DNA of 32,000 bases from Mycolicibacterium smegmatis (GTDB taxonomy: Bacteria; Actinomycetota; Actinomycetes; Mycobacteriales; Mycobacteriaceae): positions 5,040,001 to 5,072,000 of the forward strand of contig NZ_LN831039.1 of assembly GCF_001457595.1 (NCBI RefSeq), read 5' to 3'. Made by a program: the position numbers and the translations under genes. Under the pieces are notes generated by a model that had not been told where the DNA came from, did not search any database, and saw only the letters and a list, made by a program, of their open reading frames with translations. Shown here in pieces: positions 10,815 through 22,345 of the stretch. Numbering within the stretch: position 1 is the stretch's first letter; each line of letters begins with the position of its first letter.

Positions 10815-12413
10815 CTATGCAGGGGATATTCCTGGCGCCGCGCCGGGGGCCGAGGCGGCGGAGAGGTCGGTGAACCGGGTGCCGTCGCGGTGCCACAGTA
10901 CGCGTCCGGCCGGGTCGGTACCCATGGCGACGAGCTCGCGTTTGAGGATCTTGTTGGTGGCGGTGGTGGGCAGGTCCTCGGCGATCCAGACATACCGCGG
11001 CCACGCCTTGGGCGACAGGTCGCGCTGGGCGGCCAGGAACTCCTCGAACTCCCCCGGCGTGAGCGTCGCGCCGTCCTGCAGCACGATCGCGGCCATGACC
11101 TGGTCGCCGACGTACTCGTCGGGCACCGGGTACACCGCGACGCGGTTGACGGCGTCCAGGCGCAGCAGGATCCGCTCGATGGGCGCGGCCGTGAGGTTCT
11201 CGCCGTCGACGCGCATCCAGTCGGCGGTGCGGCCGGCCAGGTAGATCCAGCCGTCGGCGTCGCGGTACGCGAGGTCGCCCGACCAGTACATGCCGTGGCG
11301 CATGCGCTGGTCGGTGGCGCCCTGATCGTTGTAGTAGCCGCGGAACAGGCCGCCGCCCGCGGTGTTGACCAGCTCCCCGATCGCCGCGTCGGGGTTGGCC
11401 AGGGCCCCGGTGGCGTCGAATTCGGCGACCGCGCATTCGGTCACGGTCTGCGGGTCGTAGATCGCGACGCCGGGGAACCCCTTGCCGATCGATCCGGGCG
11501 GGCAGTCGTCGGGCCGCGTGATGATCACCGCGGTCTCGGTCGAGCCGAACCCGTCCCACACCGTGCAGCCGAACCGCCTGCTGAAGGCCGCGATGTCGCG
11601 GTCGGCGGCCTCGTTGCCGAATGCGATGCGCAGCGGGTTGTCGTGGTCGTCGGGCTTTTCGGGCGTCGCCAGGATGTAGGCCAGCGGCTTGCCGACGTAG
11701 TTCATGTACGTCGCGCCGTACCGCCGGATGTCGGGCAGGAAGCCCGACGCCGAGAACGTCGCGGGCGCCATGGCCGCACCCGCGCCCACGGCCACGCTCC
11801 ATCCCGCGTACACGGCGTTGGAGTGGAACAGCGGCATCGCCAGATAGCACACGTCTTCGCAGGTCAGACCGTATCTCTCGACGAGTGCGCTGCCCGCGAA
11901 CAGCACCATGGCGTGCGGCACCTCGACGGCCTTGGGGTCGCCGCTGGTGCCGGAGGTGAAGATCATCATGAACGTGTCGTCGGGGCCTGCCTCGCGGTAC
12001 GGGGTCAGTTCCCCCGCTTCGGGGCAGATGTCGGAGGCGTCCAGCACGGTGACGCCGGGCAGTTCGAGTCCGTCGATCAGGCCGCGGTGTTCGGCGTCGG
12101 TGATCAGCAACTGGCAGTCGACGCGGGCGATGTCACGTGCCAGGCCCTCGCCGCGGCGGGTGGTGTTGATGCCGCACAGCACGTAGCCGCCGAGTGCGGC
12201 CGCGGCCAGCGCGGTGAGCATCTGCGGGGTGTTGCCCAGCAGCACCCCCACGTGCAGCGGACGGCCGTGATCGGCACGGGAGATCAGGAAGCGGGCCTGC
12301 GCCGCGGCTTCGGCGATGTGCTCGCGCCACGTCCACGTGCGATCGCCGTACTTCACCGCGACGGTGTCCTGCTCGGCGCGTGAGCGGAGCAATTGCTGCA
12401 GCGTATCGGCCAT
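10815..12413 (-). CDS. AMP-dependent acyl-CoA synthetase/ligase (FadD-like)
   Basis: 532-aa ORF with the AMP-binding P-loop-like motif IFTSGTSGDPKAV, the YWSGDLAYRDADGWIYLAGR block and the C-terminal KILKREL lysine. Confidence 0.85.
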   Translation of the reverse strand: MADTLQQLLRSRAEQDTVAVKYGDRTWTWREHIAEAAAQARFLISRADHGRPLHVGVLLGNTPQMLTALAAAALGGYVLCGINTTRRGEGLARDIARVDCQLLITDAEHRGLIDGLELPGVTVLDASDICPEAGELTPYREAGPDDTFMMIFTSGTSGDPKAVEVPHAMVLFAGSALVERYGLTCEDVCYLAMPLFHSNAVYAGWSVAVGAGAAMAPATFSASGFLPDIRRYGATYMNYVGKPLAYILATPEKPDDHDNPLRIAFGNEAADRDIAAFSRRFGCTVWDGFGSTETAVIITRPDDCPPGSIGKGFPGVAIYDPQTVTECAVAEFDATGALANPDAAIGELVNTAGGGLFRGYYNDQGATDQRMRHGMYWSGDLAYRDADGWIYLAGRTADWMRVDGENLTAAPIERILLRLDAVNRVAVYPVPDEYVGDQVMAAIVLQDGATLTPGEFEEFLAAQRDLSPKAWPRYVWIAEDLPTTATNKILKRELVAMGTDPAGRVLWHRDGTRFTDLSAASAPGAAPGISPA

Positions 12414-12437
12414 CCGGTGTAACCCCAGGAGCTAGTG

Positions 12438-12457
12438 GACAGATTGCGAAATCTGTC
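12438..12457. promoter_or_regulatory. Perfect 8-4-8 palindrome GACAGATT-gcga-AATCTGTC, a candidate TetR operator in the divergent fadD-like/tetR intergenic region
   Basis: The inverted repeat was read directly. It lies 25 nt upstream of the fadD-like ATG (12413) and about 100 nt upstream of the TetR start (12558). Confidence 0.4.
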
Positions 12458-12557
12458 TAGCACGGTTATGTCGCCGCCCGTTGGCGTTTGACCTTGGCAG
12501 AATCGGTGGGGCATCGCCGAACACTGCCCGAGCCCCACGACACCGAGGTCGCCGCAC

Positions 12558-13163
12558 TTGACCAACGCCACCGCACCGCGCAGCGTCCGTGATCGACTCA
12601 TCGACGCGGCTGAGACCTGTCTGCGGGCCAAAGGAATTCGCGCGACCACGGTTTCCGAGGTGGCCGAGGCCGCCGGGGTGTCACGCGGGTGGCTCTACCG
12701 GCATTTTCCCGACAAGGTCTCGCTGCTCGGCGCGGCGATCGTGCGTCTCAACGATGCGTACTGGTCGGACGCGCACGCGTTTCTCGCGGCGTACGACGGC
12801 CTCGACGAGAAGATCGCCGCAGGGATCCGGTACGGCAGGACGGCCTACGACGATCCGGGCGCGCTCCTGATGAAACTGCGCCTCGACGAACCCGAGGAGT
12901 TCGCGGCGTGCGCGGGCGCGGGCGTGCAGGGCCTGGTCCCCGATCTGGCGGCGTTCTGGACGCGGTATCTGCTCGCCGCGCGCGACACCGGCGAGATCCA
13001 TCCGAACACCGATATCGCCGAGGCTGCGGAATGGGTTGCGCGCGTGGTCATCTCCTTCGCGACGGTGCCCGGCGAGCAGCTCGACGCGAGTGATACCGGC
13101 GCCGTGCTGACCCACCTGCGCCGCTACGTCATGCCGGGGCTGCGCGCCGAACCGGCGAGCTGA
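12558..13163 (+). CDS. TetR/AcrR family transcriptional regulator
   Basis: 201-aa ORF (TTG start in the track). The N-terminal HTH is RDRLIDAAETCLRAKGIRATTVSEVAEAAGVSRGWLYRHFPDK. It is divergent from the acyl-CoA synthetase. Confidence 0.88.
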   Translation: MTNATAPRSVRDRLIDAAETCLRAKGIRATTVSEVAEAAGVSRGWLYRHFPDKVSLLGAAIVRLNDAYWSDAHAFLAAYDGLDEKIAAGIRYGRTAYDDPGALLMKLRLDEPEEFAACAGAGVQGLVPDLAAFWTRYLLAARDTGEIHPNTDIAEAAEWVARVVISFATVPGEQLDASDTGAVLTHLRRYVMPGLRAEPAS

Positions 13164-13173
13164 TCCTCAAAAG

Positions 13174-13205
13174 CACGAAACCCCCGCCGAAGCGGGGGTT
13201 TCGTG
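13174..13205. terminator. Bidirectional intrinsic-terminator-like hairpin between the convergent tetR and rho genes
   Basis: CACGAAACCCCCGC-cgaa-GCGGGGGTTTCGTG is a perfect 14-bp stem with a 4-nt loop. It lies 11 nt after the tetR stop and 13 nt after the rho stop. The A/T run sits inside the stem on both strands. Confidence 0.7.
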
Positions 13206-13217
13206 TGAGCCGTCGGA

Positions 13218-15224
13218 TCAGTCGACGTCCATCGAGCCGGGGGCCGTCTTGGACACCTGGACCAGGAACTCGTAGTTGGTCTTGGTCTTGCGCAGCTGGC
13301 TGATCAGCAGGTCGATGGCCTGGTGGGAATCCAGCCCGCTCAACACGCGACGCAGCTTGTGCACGATCGCGAACTCGTCCGGGGACAGCAGCAGCTCGTC
13401 CTTGCGGGTGCCGGACGGGTTGACGTCGACGGCCGGGAACACCCGGCGCTCGGCGATCTTGCGGTCCAGCTTGAGCTCGGCGTTACCGGTGCCCTTGAAC
13501 TCCTCGAAGATGACGGTGTCACCGGTCGACCCGGTCTCGACCATGGCGGTCGCGATGATGGTCAACGAGCCGCCGTGCTCGATGTTGCGGGCGGCGCCGA
13601 GGAAGCGCTTGGGCGGGTACAGCGCGGTGGAGTCGACACCACCGGACAGGATGCGGCCCGACGCGGGCGAGGCGTTGTTGTACGCACGGCCCAGGCGGGT
13701 GATCGAGTCCAGCAGCACCACGACGTCCTTGCCCTGCTCCACGAGGCGCTTGGCGCGCTCGATGGCCAGCTCGGCGGCCTGCGTGTGATCTGACGGCGGG
13801 CGGTCGAACGTCGAGGCGATGACCTCGCCCTTCACCGACCGCTGCATGTCGGTCACCTCTTCGGGCCGCTCGTCGACGAGCACGACCATCAGGTGGCATT
13901 CGGGATTGTTGCGGGTGATCGCGTTGGCGATGTCCTGCAGGATCGTGGTCTTACCGGCCTTGGGCGGCGACACGATCAGGGCGCGCTGCCCCTTGCCGAT
14001 CGGCATGATCAGGTCGATCACACGCGTCGAGAGGCGCTCGGGGCTGGTCTCCAGCCGCAGCCGCTCGTTCGGGTACAGCGGCGTGAGCTTGCCGAACTCG
14101 GGGCGCTTCTTGGCGTCCTCGACCGAGCCGCCGTTGACGGTGTCCAGACGCACCAGCGGGTTGAACTTCTGGCGCTGGTTCTGGCCGCCGCTGTCGCCTT
14201 CACGCGGCACGCGCACGGCACCGGTCACGGCGTCGCCGCGGCGCAGGCCGTTCTTGCGCACCATGTTCATCGAGACGTACACGTCGTTCGGCCCGGCCAG
14301 GTAGCCCGAGGTCCGCACGAACGCGTAGTTGTCCAGGACGTCGAGGATGCCCGCGACGGGCTGCACGACGTCGTCCTCGCGCAGTTCGGTGTCGTTGCCA
14401 CCCTCGCCGCCGCGCTCACCGCGCCTGCGGCGGTCACGGAACCGGCGGCCGCGACGGCCCTGGCGGCCCTCGCCGTCGTCGTCGGAATCGGCGTTGTTGC
14501 CCGAACCGCCACCGCGGTTCTGCTGGCCGCCGCCCTGCTGGTCCTGGTCACGCTCGGAACGGTCCTGCTTGCCCTGGTCCTGCTTGCCGTCCTGGCCGTC
14601 CTTCTCGCCACGGTCGGAGCGGTCCTGCCTGCCGGAACGCTCACGGCGCTGACGGGGCTGGGACTCCTGGGACTCGCCGGCCTCGGGTGCCTCGGCAGCC
14701 TTGGTCTGGGCTTCTTTGGCGGGCTTGTCGGCCTTTTCGGCGCGTTCGGTCTTGGCTTCGGCAGGAGCTTCGGCCTTGGCTTCGGGCTGCGCCTCGGTCT
14801 TGGCCTCGGGCTGCGCCTCGGTCTTGGCCTCAGACTTGGCCTCAGCCTTTTCGCCGGCCTCACCCTTCTCGGCGACAGGAGCGCCGGCCTGGCGGGTGGA
14901 AGCACGACGTTCGCGGCGACGCGGGGCGGGCGCCTCGGCGGCCTGCTCGCCGGTCTGGGCGTCGGCGGTCGCCGGGCTGCTGGCCTCAGCGGTCCGGCCG
15001 TTGGATTCGCCTCGGTGGGCGCGAATGGCGGCGATCAGCTCACTCTTGCGCAGACCGGACGCACCTTCAACACCGATTTCCTTGGCGAGTGCGCGCAGCT
15101 CCGGCAACACCATCGTCGAAAGCGACGCGGACCGGGCGCGCGGCGCGGTGTTCGATTTCACAGCACCCGACAAATCGCCAGTGTCGCTGGCATTGTCAGC
15201 TGTGAAGAGGTCCGTTTCAGTCAC
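13218..15224 (-). CDS. rho: Transcription termination factor Rho with a long actinobacterial N-terminal insertion
   Basis: The C-terminal two thirds are canonical Rho (Walker A PPKAGKTT, RNIEHGGSLTIIATAMVETGS, KLDRKIAERRVFPAVD). The track ORF starts at 15287. I call the in-frame GTG at 15224 (VTETDLFTAD...), which has GAAAGGAAA 5 nt upstream and matches mycobacterial Rho N-termini as I recall them. Confidence 0.95.
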   Translation of the reverse strand: MTETDLFTADNASDTGDLSGAVKSNTAPRARSASLSTMVLPELRALAKEIGVEGASGLRKSELIAAIRAHRGESNGRTAEASSPATADAQTGEQAAEAPAPRRRERRASTRQAGAPVAEKGEAGEKAEAKSEAKTEAQPEAKTEAQPEAKAEAPAEAKTERAEKADKPAKEAQTKAAEAPEAGESQESQPRQRRERSGRQDRSDRGEKDGQDGKQDQGKQDRSERDQDQQGGGQQNRGGGSGNNADSDDDGEGRQGRRGRRFRDRRRRGERGGEGGNDTELREDDVVQPVAGILDVLDNYAFVRTSGYLAGPNDVYVSMNMVRKNGLRRGDAVTGAVRVPREGDSGGQNQRQKFNPLVRLDTVNGGSVEDAKKRPEFGKLTPLYPNERLRLETSPERLSTRVIDLIMPIGKGQRALIVSPPKAGKTTILQDIANAITRNNPECHLMVVLVDERPEEVTDMQRSVKGEVIASTFDRPPSDHTQAAELAIERAKRLVEQGKDVVVLLDSITRLGRAYNNASPASGRILSGGVDSTALYPPKRFLGAARNIEHGGSLTIIATAMVETGSTGDTVIFEEFKGTGNAELKLDRKIAERRVFPAVDVNPSGTRKDELLLSPDEFAIVHKLRRVLSGLDSHQAIDLLISQLRKTKTNYEFLVQVSKTAPGSMDVD
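14775..14834. repeat. Tandem 24-bp coding repeat inside the rho N-terminal insertion
   Basis: CTTGGC(T/C)TCGGGCTGCGCCTCGGT occurs twice in tandem and is followed by a diverged partial unit. It encodes AKTEAQPE-AKTEAQPE-AKAEAPAE on the minus strand. Confidence 0.8.
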
Positions 15225-15457
15225 GGATTTCCTTTCTTTCCCCCGCTGATTTCGTCGGGCGAGGGCTCCCCAAAGGTCGATGCGCATTCAGCACGTCCGC
15301 TGAATGCGTGACTCACACCGTCGCCTGTGCAACGGCGATCGCCACGATCCGCGCCGCGATGCGGCGAACCATCAGTCCACGAGTAGAACACGAGAAGATT
15401 GGGTGGTCGTCCTGGTGTCGACGCAGGCGAGAACCCTGCGAGTGCTGGACGAGAGCG

Positions 15458-15486
15458 AGAATAGCCCTCTTCGGAGCAGGAATCAA
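15458..15486 (-). promoter_or_regulatory. Candidate sigma-A-type promoter for rho
   Basis: The minus strand reads TTGATT-N17-TATTCT (4/6 and 4/6 to consensus, ideal spacing). It lies 25 nt downstream of the thrB stop and about 225 nt upstream of the rho GTG. Confidence 0.3.
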
Positions 15487-15511
15487 GAAAAGTGGTGCTC
15501 CGCGTGTCCGC

Positions 15512-17557
<2,046 letters not shown>

Positions 17558-17561
<4 letters not shown>

Positions 17562-18877
17562 GAGTTCGTTCCTTCCAGTCGCAGAACGCTGTTGATGTTC
17601 TGCACGACGTCGAGATCGGCCAGCGCCTCGACGGTTTCCGACAGCGCGGCGTCGGTGGCCGAGTGGGTGACCACGACGATGCGGGCGCCGCACGGCTTGC
17701 CCACCTCGTCGACCATGCCCTCCTGGCGCACCTCGGAGATGCTGACCTCGCGCTTGGCGAATTCGGCTGCCACAGCGGACAACACGCCGGGCCGGTCGGC
17801 CACGTTCATGTTGACGTAATAGCGCGTCGGGATGAACCCGATGGGCGCGATCGGCAGCTTGGCGTACTTCGATTCGCGTGGGCCACGGCCGCCCTGGACA
17901 CGGTTGCGCGCCGCCATGACCACGTCTCCCATCACCGCAGAGGCGGTGGGGGCACCGCCGGCGCCTTGACCGTAGAACATGAGCCGCCCGGCCGCCTCGG
18001 CTTCCACCACCACCGCGTTGAACGCACCGTTGACCGCGGCCAGCGGGTGGGTCAGCGGGACGAGCGCCGGGTAGACGCGGGCCGAGACCCGGTCCTTGCC
18101 CTCGTCGGAGGTGAGCCGCTCGCAGATCGCGAGCAGTTTGATGGTGCAGCCCAGCGCGCGTGCCGACGCGAAGTCCTCGGCGCTGACCGTGGTGATGCCC
18201 TCGCGGTACACGTCGTCGGCGGTCACACGGGTGTGGAACGCGATCGAGGCGAGGATCGCGGCCTTGGCCGCGGCGTCGTAGCCCTCGACGTCGGCGGTGG
18301 GATCGGCCTCTGCGTAACCGAGGGCGCTCGCATCGGCCAGCGCGCTGGTGTAATCGGCGCCGGTGCTGTCCATCTCGGACAGGATGTAGTTGGTGGTGCC
18401 GTTGACGATGCCGGCCACGCGGCGCACCGTGTCACCGGCCAGCGACTGGGTCAGCGGGCGGATCACCGGGATGGCGCCGGCCACCGCGGCCTCGAAATAC
18501 AGGTCCACATGGGCCTTCTCGGCGGCCTGGGCGAGCTCGCCGGTGGACATGGCCATCAGCGCCTTGTTGGCGGTGACCACCGACTTGCCCTGCTCCAGCG
18601 CCGACAGGATGGCCTTGCGTGCCGGTTCGACGGGGCCCATGACCTCGACGACGATGTCGACGTCGTCACGCGACACCAGCGCGTCGATGTCGTCGGTGAG
18701 CAGTTCCGTGGGCACGCCGCGGTCGTCGGCCACACGGCGCACGCCGACGCCGCGCAGTTCCAGCGGCGCACCGATGCGCGCCGCGAGATCATCGGCGCTG
18801 TCGGCGATGATGCGCACGACCTCGCTGCCGACGTTCCCCAGGCCCAGTACCGCTACCCCGATGGGCTTCTTACTCAT
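17558..18877 (-). CDS. hom: Homoserine dehydrogenase
   Basis: The NAD-binding N-terminus is [18 protein letters not shown], and a C-terminal ACT domain is present. I call the ATG at 18877 (MSKKPIG...), which overlaps the lysA stop as ATGA. Confidence 0.93.
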
Positions 18878-20298
18878 TGACCCTTCACCTCCAGGCTCAG
18901 AAGATCCTCGACGGTCTCCCGTCGCAGCACCAGACGTGCCTGGCCGTCGGCGACGGCCACCACAGCGGGGCGGCACAGCAGGTTGTATCGACTCGACATC
19001 GAGTAGCAGTACGCGCCGGTCGCGGCGACACCGATCAGGTCGCCGGGCGCGATGTCGTCGGACACCCAGGTGTCGCGGACGACGATATCGCCACTCTCAC
19101 AGTGTTTTCCGACGATCCGCGCCAGTGCGGGCGGAGCGTCGCTGACGCGTGACACCAACCGGGCGTCGTACTGCGCGGCGTACAGCGACGTGCGGATGTT
19201 GTCGCTCATGCCGCCGTCGACGCTGACGTAGCGGCGGTGCGCGGTCTGGCTGACGGCCACGTCCTTGACCGTGCCGACCTCGTAGAGCGTGATGGTGCCC
19301 GGGCCCGCGATGGCGCGTCCGGGTTCCACCACGAGCTTGGGCGTGGGCAGCCCGACCGCGGCCGACTCGGTGCGCACGATCTCCAGCAGCTTGTCGGCCA
19401 GTTCCTTCATGGGCGGCGGATCGTCGTGCGGCAGGTACGAGATACCCAGTCCGCCACCGAGATCCACGATGGACATCTGCGAGGTCTTCTCCACGCCGAA
19501 CTCGGCGACCACGTCGCGCAGCAGCCCGATCACGCGGTGCGCGGCGATCTCGAACCCGGCGACGTCGAAGATCTGCGAGCCGATGTGGCTGTGCAGGCCC
19601 ACCAGGCGCAGGTTGTCGGTCGCGAAGACCCGGCGGATCGCGTTCATCGCCGCACCCGTGGCCAGCGACAAACCGAACTTCTGATCCTCGTGCGCGGTCG
19701 AGATGAACTCGTGGGTGTGGGCCTCCACGCCCACGGTGACGCGCACCAGCACGTCCTGGACCACGCCTGCCGCACCGGCGATCTGATCGAGGCGCTCGAT
19801 CTCGATCTCGGAGTCCAGCACGACGTGGCCCACGCCTGCCTGCACCGCGGCGGTGAGTTCGGCGACGGATTTGTTGTTGCCGTGCACCGTGATCCGCGAG
19901 GCCGGGAATCCGGCGTGCAGCGCGACGGCCAGTTCTCCCCCGGTCGCGACGTCGAGGGACAGGCCTTCCTCGTCGACCCAGCGCGCGATCTCCGAGCACA
20001 GGAACGCCTTGGCCGCGTAGTGCACGTACTCGCCGCCGCCGAACGCCGCGGCGATGTCGCGGCAGCGCGTGCGGAAGTCGTCCTCGTCGATCACGAACAG
20101 CGGTGTGCCGAACTTCGCGGCCAGGTCGGTCACCGGCACCCCGGCGATCGTCACCACCCCGTCGGCACCGCGAACCAGGTTGCGCGGCCACACGTTCGGG
20201 GCCAGCAGCATGATCTCGTCCGGGCTCTGCGGCTTGTCGGGCACATCCGCGTGGTGCAGTTCCTCGGCGTGCCTGGGCCCGGCCGGATGCGCGTTCAC
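18874..20298 (-). CDS. lysA: Diaminopimelate decarboxylase
   Basis: Contains the PLP-lysine block YAAKAF, then [15 protein letters not shown] and CESGD. I call the GTG at 20298 ([10 protein letters not shown]...), which overlaps the argS stop as GTGA. Confidence 0.93.
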   Translation of the reverse strand: MNAHPAGPRHAEELHHADVPDKPQSPDEIMLLAPNVWPRNLVRGADGVVTIAGVPVTDLAAKFGTPLFVIDEDDFRTRCRDIAAAFGGGEYVHYAAKAFLCSEIARWVDEEGLSLDVATGGELAVALHAGFPASRITVHGNNKSVAELTAAVQAGVGHVVLDSEIEIERLDQIAGAAGVVQDVLVRVTVGVEAHTHEFISTAHEDQKFGLSLATGAAMNAIRRVFATDNLRLVGLHSHIGSQIFDVAGFEIAAHRVIGLLRDVVAEFGVEKTSQMSIVDLGGGLGISYLPHDDPPPMKELADKLLEIVRTESAAVGLPTPKLVVEPGRAIAGPGTITLYEVGTVKDVAVSQTAHRRYVSVDGGMSDNIRTSLYAAQYDARLVSRVSDAPPALARIVGKHCESGDIVVRDTWVSDDIAPGDLIGVAATGAYCYSMSSRYNLLCRPAVVAVADGQARLVLRRETVEDLLSLEVKGQ

Positions 20299-21947
20299 AT
20301 CCGCTCCGGTGCGCTGACGCCGAGGATCGCCAGGCCGTTGGCGATCACCTGGCGGGTCGCGCGGCACAACGCGAGGCGCGCCGAGTGCAGATCGCCGGGC
20401 TCCTCGTCGCCCTGCGGCAGCACGCGGCACGAGTCGTAGAAGCGGTGGTAGTCGCCGGCCAGGTCCTCCAGGTAGCGGCAGACGCGGTGCGGTTCGCGCA
20501 GCGAGGCCGCGGTCTTGAGCACACGCGGGAACTCACCCAGGTTGCGGATGAGCGCGCCCTCTTTGTCGTGTGTGAGCAGGTCCAGGTGGTCGGTGCTCAC
20601 GCTCACGCCCAGATCGGCGGCGTTGCGCGCCAGCGCGCACAGCCGCGCGTGGGCGTACTGCACGTAATAGACCGGGTTCTCGTTGGACGCGCTCGACCAC
20701 AGTTCGAGGTCGATGTCGATCGGGGTGTCCACCGACGAGCGGATCAGCGCGTACCGTGCGGCGTCGACCCCGATGGCCTCGACGAGGTCGTCGAGCGTGA
20801 TCACGGTGCCGGCGCGCTTGCTCATCCGCACGGGCTGGCCGTCGCGCACGAGGTTGACCATCTGGCCGATGAGCACCTCGACGGTGTCCGGATCGTCGCC
20901 GAGCGCGGCCGCGGCGGCCTTCAGGCGCGCGATGTAGCCGTGGTGGTCGGCGCCCAGCATGTAGATACACAGGTCGAACCCGCGCTTGCGCTTGTCCAGG
21001 TAGTACGCGAGGTCGCCGGCGATGTAGGCGGCGTTGCCGTCGCTCTTGATCACCACGCGGTCCTTGTCGTCACCGAAGTCGGTGGTGCGCAGCCAGACCG
21101 CGCCGTCCTTCTCGTAGATGTTGCCGGTCTCGCGCAGCTGGGTGATGGCCTGGTCGACGCGGCCCGAGGTGTGCATCGAGTCCTCGTGCGTGTACACGTC
21201 GAAGTCGGTGCCGAAGTCGTGCAACGACTGCTTGATGTGGGTGAACATCAGGTCGACGCCGATGGCGCGGAACGTCTCGCGCTGCTGGTCCTCGGGGAGA
21301 CCGAGCACGTCGGGCGCCTTGGCGATGACCTGCTGAGCGATGTCGACGATGTAGTCACCGGCATAGCCGTCCTCGGGGGTCGGCTCCCCCTTGGCCGAGG
21401 CGATCAGCGAGTTGACGAACCGGTCGATCTGCGCGCCGTGGTCGTTGAAGTAGTACTCACGCGTGACGGCCGCGCCCTGCGTCGCGAGCAGCCGCCCCAG
21501 CGCGTCGCCCACCGCGGCCCAGCGGGTGCCGCCGATGTGGATGGGGCCGGTGGGGTTGGCCGACACGAACTCCAGGTTGACGTTGCGGCCCGCGTACTGG
21601 CCGGACGAGCCGTAGCCGCCGTCGGCGGCCAGCACGTTGGTGATGATGACGCCCTGCGCCGACGCCTCGATGCGCAGGTTGACGAAGCCGGGCCCGGCGA
21701 CCTCGGCCGCGGCGATGCCGTCGGCCGCGGCCAGCGCCGTGGCGAGCCAGCCGGCCAGCTCACGCGGGTTGACGCCGACCTTCTTACCGAGCTGCAGCGC
21801 GAGGTTGGTCGCGTAGTCGCCGTGCTCGGGGTTGCGAGGACGCTCGACCGTGACGGTGGCGGGCAGCGCGGCCACGTCCAGGTCGTGTTCGGTCAGCACT
21901 GCGGCAGCAGTGGCCTTGAGCAGCTCAGCAAGGTCGGCGGGGGTCAC
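20295..21947 (-). CDS. argS: Arginine--tRNA ligase
   Basis: 550-aa ORF with the class I HIGH motif ([13 protein letters not shown]), an MSKR (KMSKS-like) motif and an anticodon-binding C-terminus. GTG start. Confidence 0.96.
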   Translation of the reverse strand: MTPADLAELLKATAAAVLTEHDLDVAALPATVTVERPRNPEHGDYATNLALQLGKKVGVNPRELAGWLATALAAADGIAAAEVAGPGFVNLRIEASAQGVIITNVLAADGGYGSSGQYAGRNVNLEFVSANPTGPIHIGGTRWAAVGDALGRLLATQGAAVTREYYFNDHGAQIDRFVNSLIASAKGEPTPEDGYAGDYIVDIAQQVIAKAPDVLGLPEDQQRETFRAIGVDLMFTHIKQSLHDFGTDFDVYTHEDSMHTSGRVDQAITQLRETGNIYEKDGAVWLRTTDFGDDKDRVVIKSDGNAAYIAGDLAYYLDKRKRGFDLCIYMLGADHHGYIARLKAAAAALGDDPDTVEVLIGQMVNLVRDGQPVRMSKRAGTVITLDDLVEAIGVDAARYALIRSSVDTPIDIDLELWSSASNENPVYYVQYAHARLCALARNAADLGVSVSTDHLDLLTHDKEGALIRNLGEFPRVLKTAASLREPHRVCRYLEDLAGDYHRFYDSCRVLPQGDEEPGDLHSARLALCRATRQVIANGLAILGVSAPERM

Positions 21948-22055
21948 GAGGGTCCATCCTATGGTCTGGGGTCGCCCAGCCCCGAATCCGTATTCGCCGA
22001 CGGATGCGCTACGCTATCGGAGCCCAATCGGCGCAGTCTGGTTTTCAGATCAAGC

Positions 22056-22131
22056 GCCCCCGTAGCTCAGGGGATAGAGCGTCTGCCTCCGGAGCAGAAG
22101 GCCGCAGGTTCGAATCCTGCCGGGGGCACCA
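22056..22131 (+). tRNA. tRNA-Arg, anticodon CCG, genomically encoded CCA
   Basis: Folded by hand. The acceptor stem is GCCCCCG/CGGGGGC. The D arm is GCTC-AGGGGATA-GAGC. The anticodon arm is TCTGC-CT CCG GA-GCAGA. The variable loop is AGGCC. The T arm is GCAGG-TTCGAAT-CCTGC, followed by the discriminator A and CCA. Confidence 0.95.
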
Positions 22132-22345
22132 CCTCAAAAACCGCCTCTCACCAGGAGATACGGTTTAATCCGACGGCCCTTCCCGGCAACCCTCAACAAT
22201 CATCGAACGATTTATCGCCTTCGCTGGAGTGTTGGATTCGTTAGCTGACTCCCACCCACCAGCCCTGGCGATTCGTTCGACGCTGCTGACAAGATCATGT
22301 GGAAGGATCGTCCGCGCCGAAGTACCGACGCCATGTGGGGGCCGA

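Noticed and set aside
15225-15287. Longer 5' extensions of the track ORFs for rho (to 15287), thrC (to 17693), hom (to 18976), lysA (to 20430), the Sua5-family gene (to 8474) and the DUF262 gene (from 22229).
   Set aside because: The extensions are Arg-rich or unconserved and overlap upstream genes. Internal starts match the homologue N-termini I recall, have SD-like sequences or give 4-nt coupling overlaps.
21948-22055. Possible tRNA-Arg promoter (TACGCT at about 22008-22013) in the argS/tRNA divergent region.
   Set aside because: Only a lone TANNNT hexamer with no supporting -35, which is too weak to report as a feature.
22191-22211. CTCAACAAT shared between the tRNA-downstream region (22191) and the relic-downstream region (29943). 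Also TCAAA..CCG similarity right after both tRNA-like ends.
   Set aside because: The spacing from the tRNA-like end differs (60 versus 35 nt) and identity decays to about 14 of 21. This is suggestive but within chance for a short word. It is kept only as a note under the att-relic hypothesis.
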